This document shows positions 24,229 to 34,287 of a stretch of 64,000 nt of DNA, piece by piece (within the stretch, counting starts at the first letter, position 1; each line of letters begins with the position of its first letter). The translations under genes and the position numbers were made by a program. The notes beneath the pieces were generated by a model. That model was not told the DNA's origin. It was given only the letters and a program-made list of their open reading frames with translations, and ran no database searches. The stretch comes from Oscillospiraceae bacterium (GTDB lineage: Bacteria; Bacillota; Clostridia; Oscillospirales; Oscillospiraceae), in contig JAIKVS010000064.1 in NCBI GenBank assembly GCA_024685535.1, forward strand, positions 1,377-65,376, in the 5' to 3' direction.

Positions 24229-24569
24229 ATATGAAACCGCATCATAAAGACAATATAAATCACAGGAACAGCACGTATATTGCGGGCGCATCCTATGTTT
24301 CAGTGACTCCAACACATATGGCTTTGATCCCCCGGACCCTTTGAGAAACCGCTATCCTTCTTCTGAAAGATGGCCAGATTTCCTGCAAGACCTGTATCCA
24401 CTCCCAGTCATGCACTGCCTTAGATCACACCGCTTATTATCTTTTCACTTGTTATCAGTGATGCTGTCATACATCAACCCTCGCTTTCATGCTGACAATA
24501 TCATTGAAACAGGCTGATTTCAACGGAAACAATACTTAACTCCAGCAATAATTGCTTCAGCATACTATT

Positions 24570-24610
24570 AAAGACATCCGCAGTATCAAATTACTGCGGA
24601 TGTCTTTTTT
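24570..24610. terminator. Strong hairpin terminator (16-bp stem) with T6 on the plus strand
   Basis: AAAGACATCCGCAGTA..TACTGCGGATGTCTTT followed by TTTTTTC. It also lies just after the stop of the minus-strand Cys-rich ORF. Confidence 0.7.
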
Positions 24611-24774
24611 CATTTCTTTTCTTTTTTGCAGCAGTTCATGCTGCATGCGCTGCAGTTGCCGCAGCATGATCCTCCCGAAGAGCAGCTGCAGCTTCCGCTC
24701 TTTATCCATACCCTTACGGCTATGACTATCAAAGCGGCTACACCAGCAAGGATGAGCCAGTCAATAATTCTCAT
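24610..24774 (-). CDS. FeoB-associated Cys-rich small membrane protein
   Basis: MRIIDWLILAGVAALIVIAVRVWIKSGSCSCSSGGSCCGNCSACSMNCCKKEKK. Its ATG overlaps the feoB TGA (ATGA). The longer form in the track is unlikely. Confidence 0.7.
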   Translation of the reverse strand: MRIIDWLILAGVAALIVIAVRVWIKSGSCSCSSGGSCCGNCSACSMNCCKKEKK

Positions 24775-26780
24775 GTGAAAAGCCCTCCAATATTGTAAAC
24801 CAGAAACGCGACTATCCACGCGACTGAGCACTGTGCTATGACTATGAACACTGTCTTAGGTGCTGAGCCGTACTCTCTCCTGATAGTGGCCACAGCCGCG
24901 GCACAGGGTGTATATAGCAGAGTGAAGGCAAGGAATGAAGCTGCTGAAAGCGGGGTAAACAATGATTTGAGAACAGGGGTTAAATTCTCTGCACCGGTAT
25001 TCATTATCACAGAGAGCGTGGAGACTACAGCCTCCTTAGCAGTAATACCCGTGACTAGAGCGGAGACCATTCTCCAGTCACCGAATCCGAGAGGTCTGAA
25101 TACCGGTGAAACGACCATGCCTATCAAGGCAAGCAGGCTCTGCGACTGATCTTCAACTACGTTCAGCCTCGTATCAAAGGTGCGGAGAAACCAGATTATG
25201 ACGGTTGCAAGGAAGATTATGGTAAAGGCTCGCTGCAGGAAATCCTTTGCCTTATCCCACAGGAGGAGTCCGGTATTCTTTGCGGAGGGAAGTCTGTAGT
25301 TTGGAAGCTCCATCACAAAGGGAACAGGCTCGCCTTTAAACAAAGTGAGCTTCAGTACTGATGCCACAATAACTCCTGTAACTATGCCTGTCAGATATAT
25401 GATTATCATGGCAAGAGCACTCTGTCTTCCGAAAAAAGCCGCTACAAACACCGAATAGATCGGTATCTTTGCGGAACAGCTCATATACGGAATTAGGAGT
25501 ATGGTCATCTTCCTGTCTCTCTCAGATGATGACGTCCGTGTTGCCATTATTGCCGGTACCGAACAACCGAAGCCGATGAGCATAGGCACGAAACTTTTTC
25601 CGGAGAGTCCAAGCTTTCTGAGAATCTTGTCCATAAAGAACGCTATCCTTGCCATATAGCCTGTATCCTCAAGTATGGAAAGGAAGAAGAACATCACCAC
25701 AATCACAGGTAAAAAGCTCAGAACAGAGCCCACCCCTGCAAAAATCCCGTCTATTACCAGGGAATGTACAACAGGGTTTATTCCATAGGATGTGAGTGCT
25801 GCATCGACAACACTTGAAAGCCAGTCAATACCTGAACTGAGCAGATCCTGGAGCCATGCTCCGATCACATTGAATGTCAGGTAGAAAATGAGACCCATAA
25901 TGCCGATGAAAACCGGAATCGCGGTATATTTACCGGTAAGCACCCTGTCTATTCTTTCAGACCTTGCATGCTCCTTGCTCTCCTGAGGCTTTACCACCGA
26001 TTCAGCCACTGCGCCTTCTATGAAAGCATATCTCATATCAGCCAGAGCTGCATTTCTGTCGAGACCTGTCTCAGTTTCCATCTGCACTATGCAGTGCTCG
26101 AGGAGCTCACGTTCGTTATCATCAAGCCCCAGCATGTCTTCCATGCCGGAATCGCCCTCGATCAGCTTAGTTGTGCAAAACCTCGATGATATGCCTATTC
26201 TGTCCGCGTGATCCTGGATAAGGTGTATGACGGCATGTACGCACCGATGTACCTGTGAATCGTTTTCACAAAAGTCCGTCACTGACGGGAGGATCTTATT
26301 GGACGCCACTTCTACTGCCCTTGCAGTGAGTTCGCTCACACCTTTGTTCTGTATAGCAGAGATCGGGATGACCGGGACTCCAAGCGACGTGCTCAGTTTA
26401 TCTATATCGACTGTTCCGCTGTTGGCTGTTATCTCATCCATCATGTTCAGCGCAATCACCATCGGAATGCGAAGCTCGAGCAACTGGAGGGTGAGATAAA
26501 GATTTCTCTCGATATTGGTTGCGTCAACTATGTTTATTATCCCGTCCGGGTGATTATTAAGGATAAAGTCGCGGGAAACCCTCTCCTCCTGAGTATATGT
26601 ACGAAGAGAGTATATTCCGGGAAGATCGACCACTTCACAGTTTTTCATGCCCTTGATCCCGCCAGATTTCTGATCCACTGTGACTCCCGGGAAGTTGCCT
26701 ACGTGCTGGTTTGATCCCGTAAGGGCATTAAAGAGGGTCGTCTTCCCGCTGTTCTGGTTGCCTGCCAAAGCGAATATCAT
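24771..26780 (-). CDS. feoB: Ferrous iron transporter FeoB
   Basis: The N-terminal G-domain begins AGNQNSGKTTLFNALTG. A polytopic membrane domain follows. Confidence 0.95.
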   Translation of the reverse strand: MIFALAGNQNSGKTTLFNALTGSNQHVGNFPGVTVDQKSGGIKGMKNCEVVDLPGIYSLRTYTQEERVSRDFILNNHPDGIINIVDATNIERNLYLTLQLLELRIPMVIALNMMDEITANSGTVDIDKLSTSLGVPVIPISAIQNKGVSELTARAVEVASNKILPSVTDFCENDSQVHRCVHAVIHLIQDHADRIGISSRFCTTKLIEGDSGMEDMLGLDDNERELLEHCIVQMETETGLDRNAALADMRYAFIEGAVAESVVKPQESKEHARSERIDRVLTGKYTAIPVFIGIMGLIFYLTFNVIGAWLQDLLSSGIDWLSSVVDAALTSYGINPVVHSLVIDGIFAGVGSVLSFLPVIVVMFFFLSILEDTGYMARIAFFMDKILRKLGLSGKSFVPMLIGFGCSVPAIMATRTSSSERDRKMTILLIPYMSCSAKIPIYSVFVAAFFGRQSALAMIIIYLTGIVTGVIVASVLKLTLFKGEPVPFVMELPNYRLPSAKNTGLLLWDKAKDFLQRAFTIIFLATVIIWFLRTFDTRLNVVEDQSQSLLALIGMVVSPVFRPLGFGDWRMVSALVTGITAKEAVVSTLSVIMNTGAENLTPVLKSLFTPLSAASFLAFTLLYTPCAAAVATIRREYGSAPKTVFIVIAQCSVAWIVAFLVYNIGGLFT

Positions 26781-27004
26781 TCAGCTGCCTCCAGTTCTAT
26801 CTTCTCTGCATCTTCCTTGCGAAGGGTGAGTTCATATCCTCTTATGGAGATCTGGAGAGGATCTCCGAGCGGCGCCACCTTTATTTTTTTTACTATTGTA
26901 CGCGGGATAAGACCCATGTCCAGAAAACGGCATCTAAGCGGCCCGTTTCCTCCGACTGTCTTTATAACGCCGCTTTCTCCCACTGCGAGTTCATCAAGTG
27001 TCAT
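26777..27004 (-). CDS. feoA: FeoA family protein
   Basis: A 75-aa SH3-like FeoA pattern (GESGVIKTV...LGDPLQI). It overlaps the feoB start. Confidence 0.85.
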   Translation of the reverse strand: MTLDELAVGESGVIKTVGGNGPLRCRFLDMGLIPRTIVKKIKVAPLGDPLQISIRGYELTLRKEDAEKIELEAAE

Positions 27005-27066
27005 TTAGTTCTCTCCTTCTGTTGCAGCGGCCAACTGTTAAGCAACTCTAACTCTGATCGATTATT

Positions 27067-27094
27067 ATTATAAACGCAAAACACCACTTGTCAA
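27067..27094 (-). promoter_or_regulatory. Promoter of feoAB
   Basis: Minus strand reads TTGACA, a 16-nt spacer, then TATAAT. Confidence 0.5.
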
Positions 27095-27120
27095 TGGTCC
27101 ATGCCGTAAAGTCTTTAATA

Positions 27121-27151
27121 TGAAAAAAGCAGCGCTCTAAAAGCGCTGCTT
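27121..27151 (-). terminator. Terminator after the 27159..27656 gene
   Basis: AAGCAGCGC..GCGCTGCTT followed by TTTTTTC on the minus strand. Confidence 0.65.
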
Positions 27152-27158
27152 TTACGGT

Positions 27159-27656
27159 TTACAGCCCAGCCAGATCTTTCACAACGTATTTCCACAGCAG
27201 CATCCAAACTACAAAAACCAGTGCCAGTGTAAGGATGAGGCCTGTAAGTGTCCAGCGTTCTCTTATGAGGCGCCGTGCTTTTTTGCCATAGATTATCCTC
27301 CGAAGAATGCGGAGTATCACATCTATAAGGATTGCTGGCGCGAGGAGCATCGTGGCATACTGTGTGATATGCTGGAGTAAGCCTTTTCCCGGAAGTTCTG
27401 TCCAAAGCCTTATACATGTAAGGACTGACCACCCGACATAGACAATATACATTATCGCCCGGATTATCTTATACGCCATCCTTCCGGATCCGGAACCGCT
27501 TTCCTCTTTCTTTTCAGCTGACGGTACTGGTTCATAAACGCGCTGCGAGTCTGCGGCAGGAGCAGAAGTCGGGTAACTGACAGCAGGTCTGTTCATTCCC
27601 TCAGACTGACTGCTATCCTTCATTGTTTCAGGAAAAAAATTGCTTTTATCTTCCAT
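27159..27656 (-). CDS. Hypothetical membrane protein with a Pro/Ser-rich N-terminus
   Basis: Hydrophobic helices in the C-terminal half. AAGAAAGGGGGAACTATG provides an RBS. Confidence 0.5.
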   Translation of the reverse strand: MEDKSNFFPETMKDSSQSEGMNRPAVSYPTSAPAADSQRVYEPVPSAEKKEESGSGSGRMAYKIIRAIMYIVYVGWSVLTCIRLWTELPGKGLLQHITQYATMLLAPAILIDVILRILRRIIYGKKARRLIRERWTLTGLILTLALVFVVWMLLWKYVVKDLAGL

Positions 27657-27719
27657 AGTTCCCCCTTTCTTGATAAGCCAGTTTACATCCCGGCATTTTC
27701 TCAGTTCATACTCCTACTG

Positions 27720-29192
27720 TTATTCGTAATCATCTATGCGGAACTCGTAAAACCAATGCCCTTCATTCGGATCGGCTCGGAAAACTATTTTTGTTGTCTC
27801 ATGTGGCGGAAGAACAGTGCTTACTTCATCTTCATTGGCAAGTTCACCATTTTCGTTGTAATCGGAAAACCAGATAGTAATACTGACTTTATAGTCTGTG
27901 TTGTTTGGTAGTTCGATATACTGCTCGGTCTCAGATTCCAGTTTTGAATCCCTGACGCCTTTAAACCCTTTGGAAATCTGATCAATAACCGTTATAAACC
28001 CGTTCCAGCGTTCGGAAGATTCAAAAAATCGACTTATCTCTTCCCAGTCCCCACTATCAAACGGATACATCTCATTTATAATCTCAAGGCATTCGCTTTC
28101 AAGGGCATAGTATTTATAAATGCCTTTCTGATACTCCTCGTATGCCACAGAATCGTACGTTTCCTCTGCTGTGCATTCTCCGCGGAAGGCATTTATCAGT
28201 TCTTCTGCAAAAAAGGCAAGTTCAGAGTCGTTAAAGAGTTTGTCCGAGTATCCCGCCAGCTTATCAGCCGCATCTATAATACTTTCTGCAGCGGCTTCTT
28301 TTGCTATGATGTCAAGGCAGGCATCTTTCAAATCGCAGAGAAAAGCATAGTCCACAGAATTTCTGAAATAACACTCCCCGCGAAGATCATCGCTGTCAGC
28401 AAAGCTTGTCTGGTCAAACTGAGCGATTGCCTCCTCATACTTTCCTTCATCCATCAGCACAACACCATAGCTGTATCGGTATTCAGAAAGAAGATCTTCC
28501 GATAATTCGAATGAATTGTTCTCCAACAGAGCTATAGCAGATTCGAATTCCTCATTCTCAGCTGCCTCCATCGCAAGATAATATCCCGCTTCGTCTGAAA
28601 GTTTCTTAGCTTCTCTACCCTCTATGTCCCTGAGGCATTCTACGGCTCCCTGCCAGTCTTTCTCCGCAATTGCTTCCTTTGCGAGAACGATGGCAGCCTT
28701 TTGCGCAAGGTTTTCAGCTTCAGCGCTACTCTCGGGAACACTTTTTGCATACATCAGTGCCTTATCTGCATCTCCGGCACTCAAAGCATACAACGACGCC
28801 TGAGTGTATGCTTCGGTGCTTTTGTCTCCACTGCGGCTGAGATACTTCTCATAGCTTTCAAAAGCTCCGATATAATCTCCGGCTCCGGCTTTTGAAGTGG
28901 CCATCATCTTATCGAGATTACCAGTAAAGAGAAGAATCGCTCCGGCAAATATAATAAGTGTGAGAAGGACAAGCGCTAACAAGAGACCATACTTTTTCTT
29001 TTTAGGCTGAATCTGCGGGGCAGCCGTTGCATGAACTGTTGAATCTCCAGTCTCAGCAACAGATGCTCCTTGCTCCGCGCCCTGAGTTGAAAGAAATGTC
29101 TCATCAGGGAATTTATTCCCGCATTCGGTGCAAAACCTGGTTCCGGTCTCGTTCTGAGCACCGCATTCTGGACAGTATTTAACGCTCATCAC
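27720..29192 (-). CDS. Zinc-ribbon domain protein with a TM anchor and TPR-like extracytoplasmic region
   Basis: N-terminal CPECG...CTECG, a TM helix YGLLLALVLLTLIIFAGAILLF, and repeated Ala/Tyr-rich helical pairs. Confidence 0.6.
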   Translation of the reverse strand: MMSVKYCPECGAQNETGTRFCTECGNKFPDETFLSTQGAEQGASVAETGDSTVHATAAPQIQPKKKKYGLLLALVLLTLIIFAGAILLFTGNLDKMMATSKAGAGDYIGAFESYEKYLSRSGDKSTEAYTQASLYALSAGDADKALMYAKSVPESSAEAENLAQKAAIVLAKEAIAEKDWQGAVECLRDIEGREAKKLSDEAGYYLAMEAAENEEFESAIALLENNSFELSEDLLSEYRYSYGVVLMDEGKYEEAIAQFDQTSFADSDDLRGECYFRNSVDYAFLCDLKDACLDIIAKEAAAESIIDAADKLAGYSDKLFNDSELAFFAEELINAFRGECTAEETYDSVAYEEYQKGIYKYYALESECLEIINEMYPFDSGDWEEISRFFESSERWNGFITVIDQISKGFKGVRDSKLESETEQYIELPNNTDYKVSITIWFSDYNENGELANEDEVSTVLPPHETTKIVFRADPNEGHWFYEFRIDDYE

Positions 29193-29260
29193 ATACCTCC
29201 TTTTTCATGTCTTTTTTAAGTATAACTTCTGCAACTTTCCAATTCAAGAATAATCGATGA

Positions 29261-29297
29261 ACAATAAAAGCCGCGTACAGCATCGTGTACACGGCTT
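29261..29297 (-). terminator. Terminator after the oxidoreductase gene
   Basis: AGCCGTGTAC..GTACGCGGCT with one mismatch, followed by TTTATTGTT on the minus strand. Confidence 0.45.
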
Positions 29298-29316
29298 CTG
29301 TTATGTTATGTTGATA

Positions 29317-30459
29317 TCAGTATTCGATTGGATCCGGACGTTCGCAGGTGGTCTTCATGAAATACTGCATGCCTGTGGCAGCGCTCTTGGAAAAACCTGT
29401 TATCGCCTCAGTGATATGTCTGGACATGTACATGCTGCATCTTGGTTTTGCTCCGTGGAGAATGCACTCTGCCATGTCGTTTATACCCATGCCTCTGTGG
29501 TTTTCTCCGATAGGTTTGGGAGTAGGGATGTCCTTATAGAGTTCCATGGGTGCAGGAGAATCGATATAGGCTACTCTGTCCCAGTAGTCGGGAATTGCAA
29601 GAGCCTTCTCCTTAAGATCCTCATATTTGATCAGTCTGAGTCCGTCTTTGTAGGTATTCGGGTCGGGACATATGAGCGCTCCCTTTGTGCCATATATCTC
29701 AAAATACGGCTGTCTGGCATGTACAACGTCGAAACTGAGGTTTATATTGCCTATTACCCCGTTTTTGAGTCTTAACACTCCGCAGCAGTTCGTATCAATC
29801 TCAACATCCACTACGTGGTCCTGAATAGGTCTCTGATCGAAAGCGCGGTTGGTGTAGCAGAAAATGCTCTCGATGGGCCCGAGAATAGAAACCAGGGCAG
29901 AAAGATAGTACGGTGCCATATCCATAACGGGGCCGCCGCCTCTCTTATAGTAGAAATCCCCTGTAGGATGCCAAAGATCCGGGCCGGGGCCAACGAAGTT
30001 GATAGTCATGCCGTTAACCTTACCTATCTCCCCTTCATCAATCAGACTGCGAGCTGTCTGCAGACCGCAGTCCAGGAAAGTGTCGGGAGCGTTGGCAACA
30101 AACAGTCCGTGAGCAGCTGCGTATTCCACTATCTCATCCGCCTGTTCAAAAGTGAGTGCCATGGGTTTTTCACAGTATACATGCTTACCGGCTTTAAGCG
30201 CCTGCATAGTAAGAGGATAGTGGGAACCGGGGCCTGTAACGATAACCGCGATATCCACTTCCGGGTCTGCAAGAAGCTCCTCCGTAGTACATGGATGGGG
30301 CACACCCCATTCTTTTGCGATTTTATTTGCTCTATCCATGTCTATATCCGAGCAGGCTACCACCTTCACGTTTTTATAGACCGGTCCAAGAGTTTTAAGG
30401 TATTCAGTACAGAACGTACCGCAGCCGATTATTCCCGCGCCGAGAACATCTTTAGCCAT
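29317..30459 (-). CDS. Gfo/Idh/MocA family oxidoreductase
   Basis: An N-terminal Rossmann segment GAGIIGCGTFCTEYL and a family-typical length of 380 aa. Confidence 0.75.
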   Translation of the reverse strand: MAKDVLGAGIIGCGTFCTEYLKTLGPVYKNVKVVACSDIDMDRANKIAKEWGVPHPCTTEELLADPEVDIAVIVTGPGSHYPLTMQALKAGKHVYCEKPMALTFEQADEIVEYAAAHGLFVANAPDTFLDCGLQTARSLIDEGEIGKVNGMTINFVGPGPDLWHPTGDFYYKRGGGPVMDMAPYYLSALVSILGPIESIFCYTNRAFDQRPIQDHVVDVEIDTNCCGVLRLKNGVIGNINLSFDVVHARQPYFEIYGTKGALICPDPNTYKDGLRLIKYEDLKEKALAIPDYWDRVAYIDSPAPMELYKDIPTPKPIGENHRGMGINDMAECILHGAKPRCSMYMSRHITEAITGFSKSAATGMQYFMKTTCERPDPIEY

Positions 30460-30663
30460 AATCTTTCTCCTTTTTACATTTATCAGACTGATATCATGAA
30501 TCTGAACGATGTTATTGATGTTATTATATTAATATAAAAGTGAACAAACAGCAATATAAAAGCAAAGGCTGCACAGACAAATTCATCAATTTTCCCTTTA
30601 ACAATTATCTGTTATCTGATATTATTTTTAAAGTATCTTGGAAAGAGGGGGGACGCGCCGCCT

Positions 30664-31725
30664 GTGAAAAAACTTTTGCTAATAATCCTGTTCGCAGCGA
30701 TGCTGACGGTATTGCTATGCTCATGCGGTCTGCCCGGCGGTGCAAACTATTCCCCAAACACTATCAGAGCCGATGCAGTGACCTCAGCCGGCAGCTATAA
30801 CAGCATACCTGCAACGGATGTTTCCGTGCCCGAAACGCAGTCTCTGATCGATGGAACCGCACTTTTTATCACTAAAGAACCAACCGATGAAACAGTACCC
30901 GTCGGTGAAGGAGCATGGTTCGTAGCAAGAGCGCAGAACCAGTTATCAATGAGATGGGAATTCATCGATAATTATGGTTCTGTCCATTCCCCTGAGGAGA
31001 CCTGCCAGCTCAACGGTGAACTCGCCATCTCCTATCAGGGTGATGACACTATTGCTCTCAATACTATTCCGCTCTCTCTCGACGGTTGGTCGGTGAGGGC
31101 AGTATTTGAAGGTGAGGGCGGACCTCTCGCAGGAAGGGCCGCTAAAATAACGGTTATAGATTATGAAAACCCCTATTCAACCATTATCATGCGCTACAGT
31201 AAAGCTTTCAAATTCGGTGTCCCGTCCACTGATTACTGCAAGACAAACGGAATAAGTACTCGCGCTGCAGAGTGTTATTCCGCAGGATATGCCCTCTACG
31301 ATATTGATGAAAACGGTATGGATGAACTGTTCATCGCCGCTTACGACACAGCCGCATACGGGTATCAGCGCAAAATGATATTCGAGCTTTATACGGTGGT
31401 TGACAATGAGCCCTACCGTATATACTGCTCAAAAAACGGCAACGAGATGTATCTTATAGATGAAGGCAGACTTCTTTCGATAAGCAATGCTCCGGGCATG
31501 ACATCCCATGGCATTTATCATCTTGCCAACGATTTTCTCATATACGAAGAAGTCTATACGGAGGAAAACAGCAATGAAAACCCGAATGAGACCATATGGA
31601 GACACCGGCTGGACAACAGTATCGGTTATTCTGATGATGAGCCGATAAGTACCGCAGAAGCGCAAGAGGCTATAGATATACTTCACAGTCTCATTTGTCT
31701 GCCATATCTAAATCCGATCGGATGA
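30664..31725 (+). CDS. Hypothetical lipoprotein
   Basis: Signal peptide with lipobox LLCSCG. I recognise no catalytic motif. Confidence 0.5.
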   Translation: MKKLLLIILFAAMLTVLLCSCGLPGGANYSPNTIRADAVTSAGSYNSIPATDVSVPETQSLIDGTALFITKEPTDETVPVGEGAWFVARAQNQLSMRWEFIDNYGSVHSPEETCQLNGELAISYQGDDTIALNTIPLSLDGWSVRAVFEGEGGPLAGRAAKITVIDYENPYSTIIMRYSKAFKFGVPSTDYCKTNGISTRAAECYSAGYALYDIDENGMDELFIAAYDTAAYGYQRKMIFELYTVVDNEPYRIYCSKNGNEMYLIDEGRLLSISNAPGMTSHGIYHLANDFLIYEEVYTEENSNENPNETIWRHRLDNSIGYSDDEPISTAEAQEAIDILHSLICLPYLNPIG

Positions 31726-31759
31726 ACGTGATATGGAGGCAATGCAGGGAGGAACATCA

Positions 31760-32197
31760 ATGCTTGAAAACTACCTTATAGTACACAAAAATATACTTCC
31801 GGATTACTATGACAAAGTAATCGCGGCAAGACGTCTGATTGAGTCCGGAAAAGTTAAAGAGGTGAGCCAGGCTGTAAAAATGGCCGGCATATCCCGCAGT
31901 ACATACTATAAATACAAGGATTTCATCATGGAGCCCGGCGAGATAGCCGGAGGCCGCAAAGCAGTATTCTCCATGCTTTTGACCCATGAGCCAGGTGTAT
32001 TGAGCGCTTTGCTGAACAAAATATCCTCTGCCGGCTTCAGCGTACTGACCATAACACAAAGTCCCCCTATTCATGACATAGCCAGTGTAACACTTTCTCT
32101 GGATCTGAGTTCTGCAACGTCGTCTGTTTCAGAGCTTCTGTCCTCAATGGCAGAAACAAAGGGGATAGAAAACGTTAAACTCATCGCCATCGAATAG
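31760..32197 (+). CDS. ACT-domain protein (UPF0735 / PheB-like)
   Basis: MLENYLIVHKNILPDYYDKV...ISRSTYYKYKD followed by an ACT-like C-terminus. I place the start at ATG 31760, which follows GGGAGG. Confidence 0.65.
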   Translation: MLENYLIVHKNILPDYYDKVIAARRLIESGKVKEVSQAVKMAGISRSTYYKYKDFIMEPGEIAGGRKAVFSMLLTHEPGVLSALLNKISSAGFSVLTITQSPPIHDIASVTLSLDLSSATSSVSELLSSMAETKGIENVKLIAIE

Positions 32198-32347
32198 TAT
32201 CTGGCTGTAAGTTTTAACAAATATTAAAATAATTGTTTCGCGGATATTGATTGACAGGATCAATTCTGCTACTATTGTTATAGGATGTAATATATATCCC
32301 CATATATCCCCTATTTCAGAAACGATTTATGAAAGGAAACCATAAAA

Positions 32348-32869
32348 ATGAATGAAACAGTAAAAGTTATCCTTGAGCGCTCTTCTGCCAGAAAATACCG
32401 CAACGAACATGTCAGTAAGGAAGATCTTGAACTTATTGTGCAGGCTGGCCTCAAGGCTCCCTCAGGTGGTAACAAGCAGACCCCGAGGTTCGTCATCATC
32501 ACCAATAAGGCTGTACGTGACCGTCTTATGGTAATGAACGCCCAGGTCGCTGGTGCCCCCGAAGGATTCGACGTGTTTTACGGAGCGCAGGATGTAATAG
32601 CAGTCGTAGCAAAGAAGGAAGGCGACTGGGTATGCGACGGTTCCCTCGCCATGGGCAACATGCTCAATGCTGCTTACGCCATGGGCCTCGGTGCCAGATG
32701 GATCAATCGTGCCCGTCAGGTTTTCGATACTGAAGAGGGCAAAAAGATCCTTGCCGATGCGGGGCTCACCGAAGATGTGGAAGGAATAGGCTTCTGCATA
32801 GTCGGTGTTCCCGATGAGGAGCTTTCCCCGAAACCCATAGTCCCAGGAAGAGTGTACTACATAGAGTAA
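32348..32869 (+). CDS. Nitroreductase family protein
   Basis: ILERSSARKY...APSGGNKQ motif. Length 173 aa. Confidence 0.8.
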   Translation: MNETVKVILERSSARKYRNEHVSKEDLELIVQAGLKAPSGGNKQTPRFVIITNKAVRDRLMVMNAQVAGAPEGFDVFYGAQDVIAVVAKKEGDWVCDGSLAMGNMLNAAYAMGLGARWINRARQVFDTEEGKKILADAGLTEDVEGIGFCIVGVPDEELSPKPIVPGRVYYIE

Positions 32870-32991
32870 AAACATTCTAGTTTTTGACCGGCGGCTGCAG
32901 ATTGCGGCCGCCGGTTGCTTTACAGTTGAAAATGTATTATATTTATTATTCATGTAATCCCTTGCGAATCGATCAGTCAGGCAGGTAGTGG

Positions 32992-34287
32992 ATGAACGCT
33001 TCACAGAGTTTTGAAAATAAAAAAGAAAGGGCTGTGTTAGCCGGCCTGAGTGCTGCTAGCATGGATGAAAGCGAGCGCTCCACCGAAACATCCATGGAAG
33101 AATTGCAAGCGCTCGTTGAGACTGCCGGCGGCGAAACTGAAGCCGTAATGATCCAGGCCCTTCCTACTCCGAATCCCAGGTGCTTCATCGGTGAGGGGAA
33201 GGTAAAGGAACTTAAGGATCTTGTTTCCGCAAACGAGTGTGACCTCGTAGTCTTTGACAATGAGCTTACGCCTTCTCAGATGCGGGCCTTGAGCGAAGAT
33301 CTCGGAGTAAAGGTGATGGACAGGTCCGGTTTGATCCTGGATATCTTCGCTCAGCGGGCAAAAAGCCGTGAAGGGCAGCTTCAGGTAGAACTTGCACAGT
33401 ACAAGTATCTGTTGCCCAGACTGACCGGCATGTGGTCACATCTGGTGCGTCAGACTGCTTCCGGCGGCGCTTCTCCAATAGGAACGCGCGGTCCAGGTGA
33501 AACCCAGCTTGAAACAGACAGGCGCCATATACGCCGAAAAATACAAAAACTCGAAGAAGAGCTCGCAGATGTGCGCCGCATACGCGGCACCCAGAGAAAA
33601 CTCAGGCAGAAAAACAAGATACCCACTGCTGCACTGGTGGGATATACCAATGCCGGCAAATCCACTCTTCTAAACTGTCTGACTGGTTCTGACATTCCAG
33701 CTAACGACAGGCTGTTCGACACACTGGACACCACCACTAGACGTTTCAGGATAGATGAGATGACTGAAGTGCTGCTGAGCGACACAGTCGGCTTCATAAG
33801 AAAACTCCCGACCCATCTTATAGAGGCGTTCAAAGCTACTCTTGAGGAGCTAAGCTATGCAGATGTTCTCCTGCATGTTATCGACATCTCAAACCCCGAA
33901 TGGGAAGAGCAGGCCAGAATCGTTGACGCTCTCATATGCCAGCTTGGAGCCGAGGCGACTCCATGTATCCGCGTATTCAACAAATGTGACAGGTATGCAG
34001 GAATCCTGCCTCACGGTGAAAACAATATATGTATCAGCGCGATAAGCGGAGAAGGATCTGCTCAGCTGGTTGATGCTCTTCAGAAACTGCTCTCTGCAGA
34101 CCGCAGGGAATACGTGCTTGCTATACCGTATAAGGATGCAGGAATCGTTGATCTTCTCAAGAGAGAGGCTGCTATTAGGTCCATTGACTTTGACAATGAT
34201 GCGATCAGGCTCAGAGCAATTGTTAACCCTGAGATCTACGGAAGGATAAAACCATTTATTATCGATGACGGCGAAATCCGGGAGTGA
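32992..34287 (+). CDS. hflX: GTPase HflX
   Basis: An HflX N-domain is followed by the G-domain VGYTNAGKSTLLN...DTVGFI...NKCD. Confidence 0.9.
   Translation: MNASQSFENKKERAVLAGLSAASMDESERSTETSMEELQALVETAGGETEAVMIQALPTPNPRCFIGEGKVKELKDLVSANECDLVVFDNELTPSQMRALSEDLGVKVMDRSGLILDIFAQRAKSREGQLQVELAQYKYLLPRLTGMWSHLVRQTASGGASPIGTRGPGETQLETDRRHIRRKIQKLEEELADVRRIRGTQRKLRQKNKIPTAALVGYTNAGKSTLLNCLTGSDIPANDRLFDTLDTTTRRFRIDEMTEVLLSDTVGFIRKLPTHLIEAFKATLEELSYADVLLHVIDISNPEWEEQARIVDALICQLGAEATPCIRVFNKCDRYAGILPHGENNICISAISGEGSAQLVDALQKLLSADRREYVLAIPYKDAGIVDLLKREAAIRSIDFDNDAIRLRAIVNPEIYGRIKPFIIDDGEIRE

Noticed and set aside
27040-27094. Fur box at the feoAB promoter
   Set aside because: The AT-rich TATAATAATAATCGATCA only loosely resembles GATAATGATAATCATTATC. 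The match is too weak to call without a matrix score.
29815-30537. 240-aa plus-strand ORF opposite the Gfo/Idh/MocA gene
   Set aside because: It is an antisense shadow ORF with no motif, and it spans the real gene's start region.
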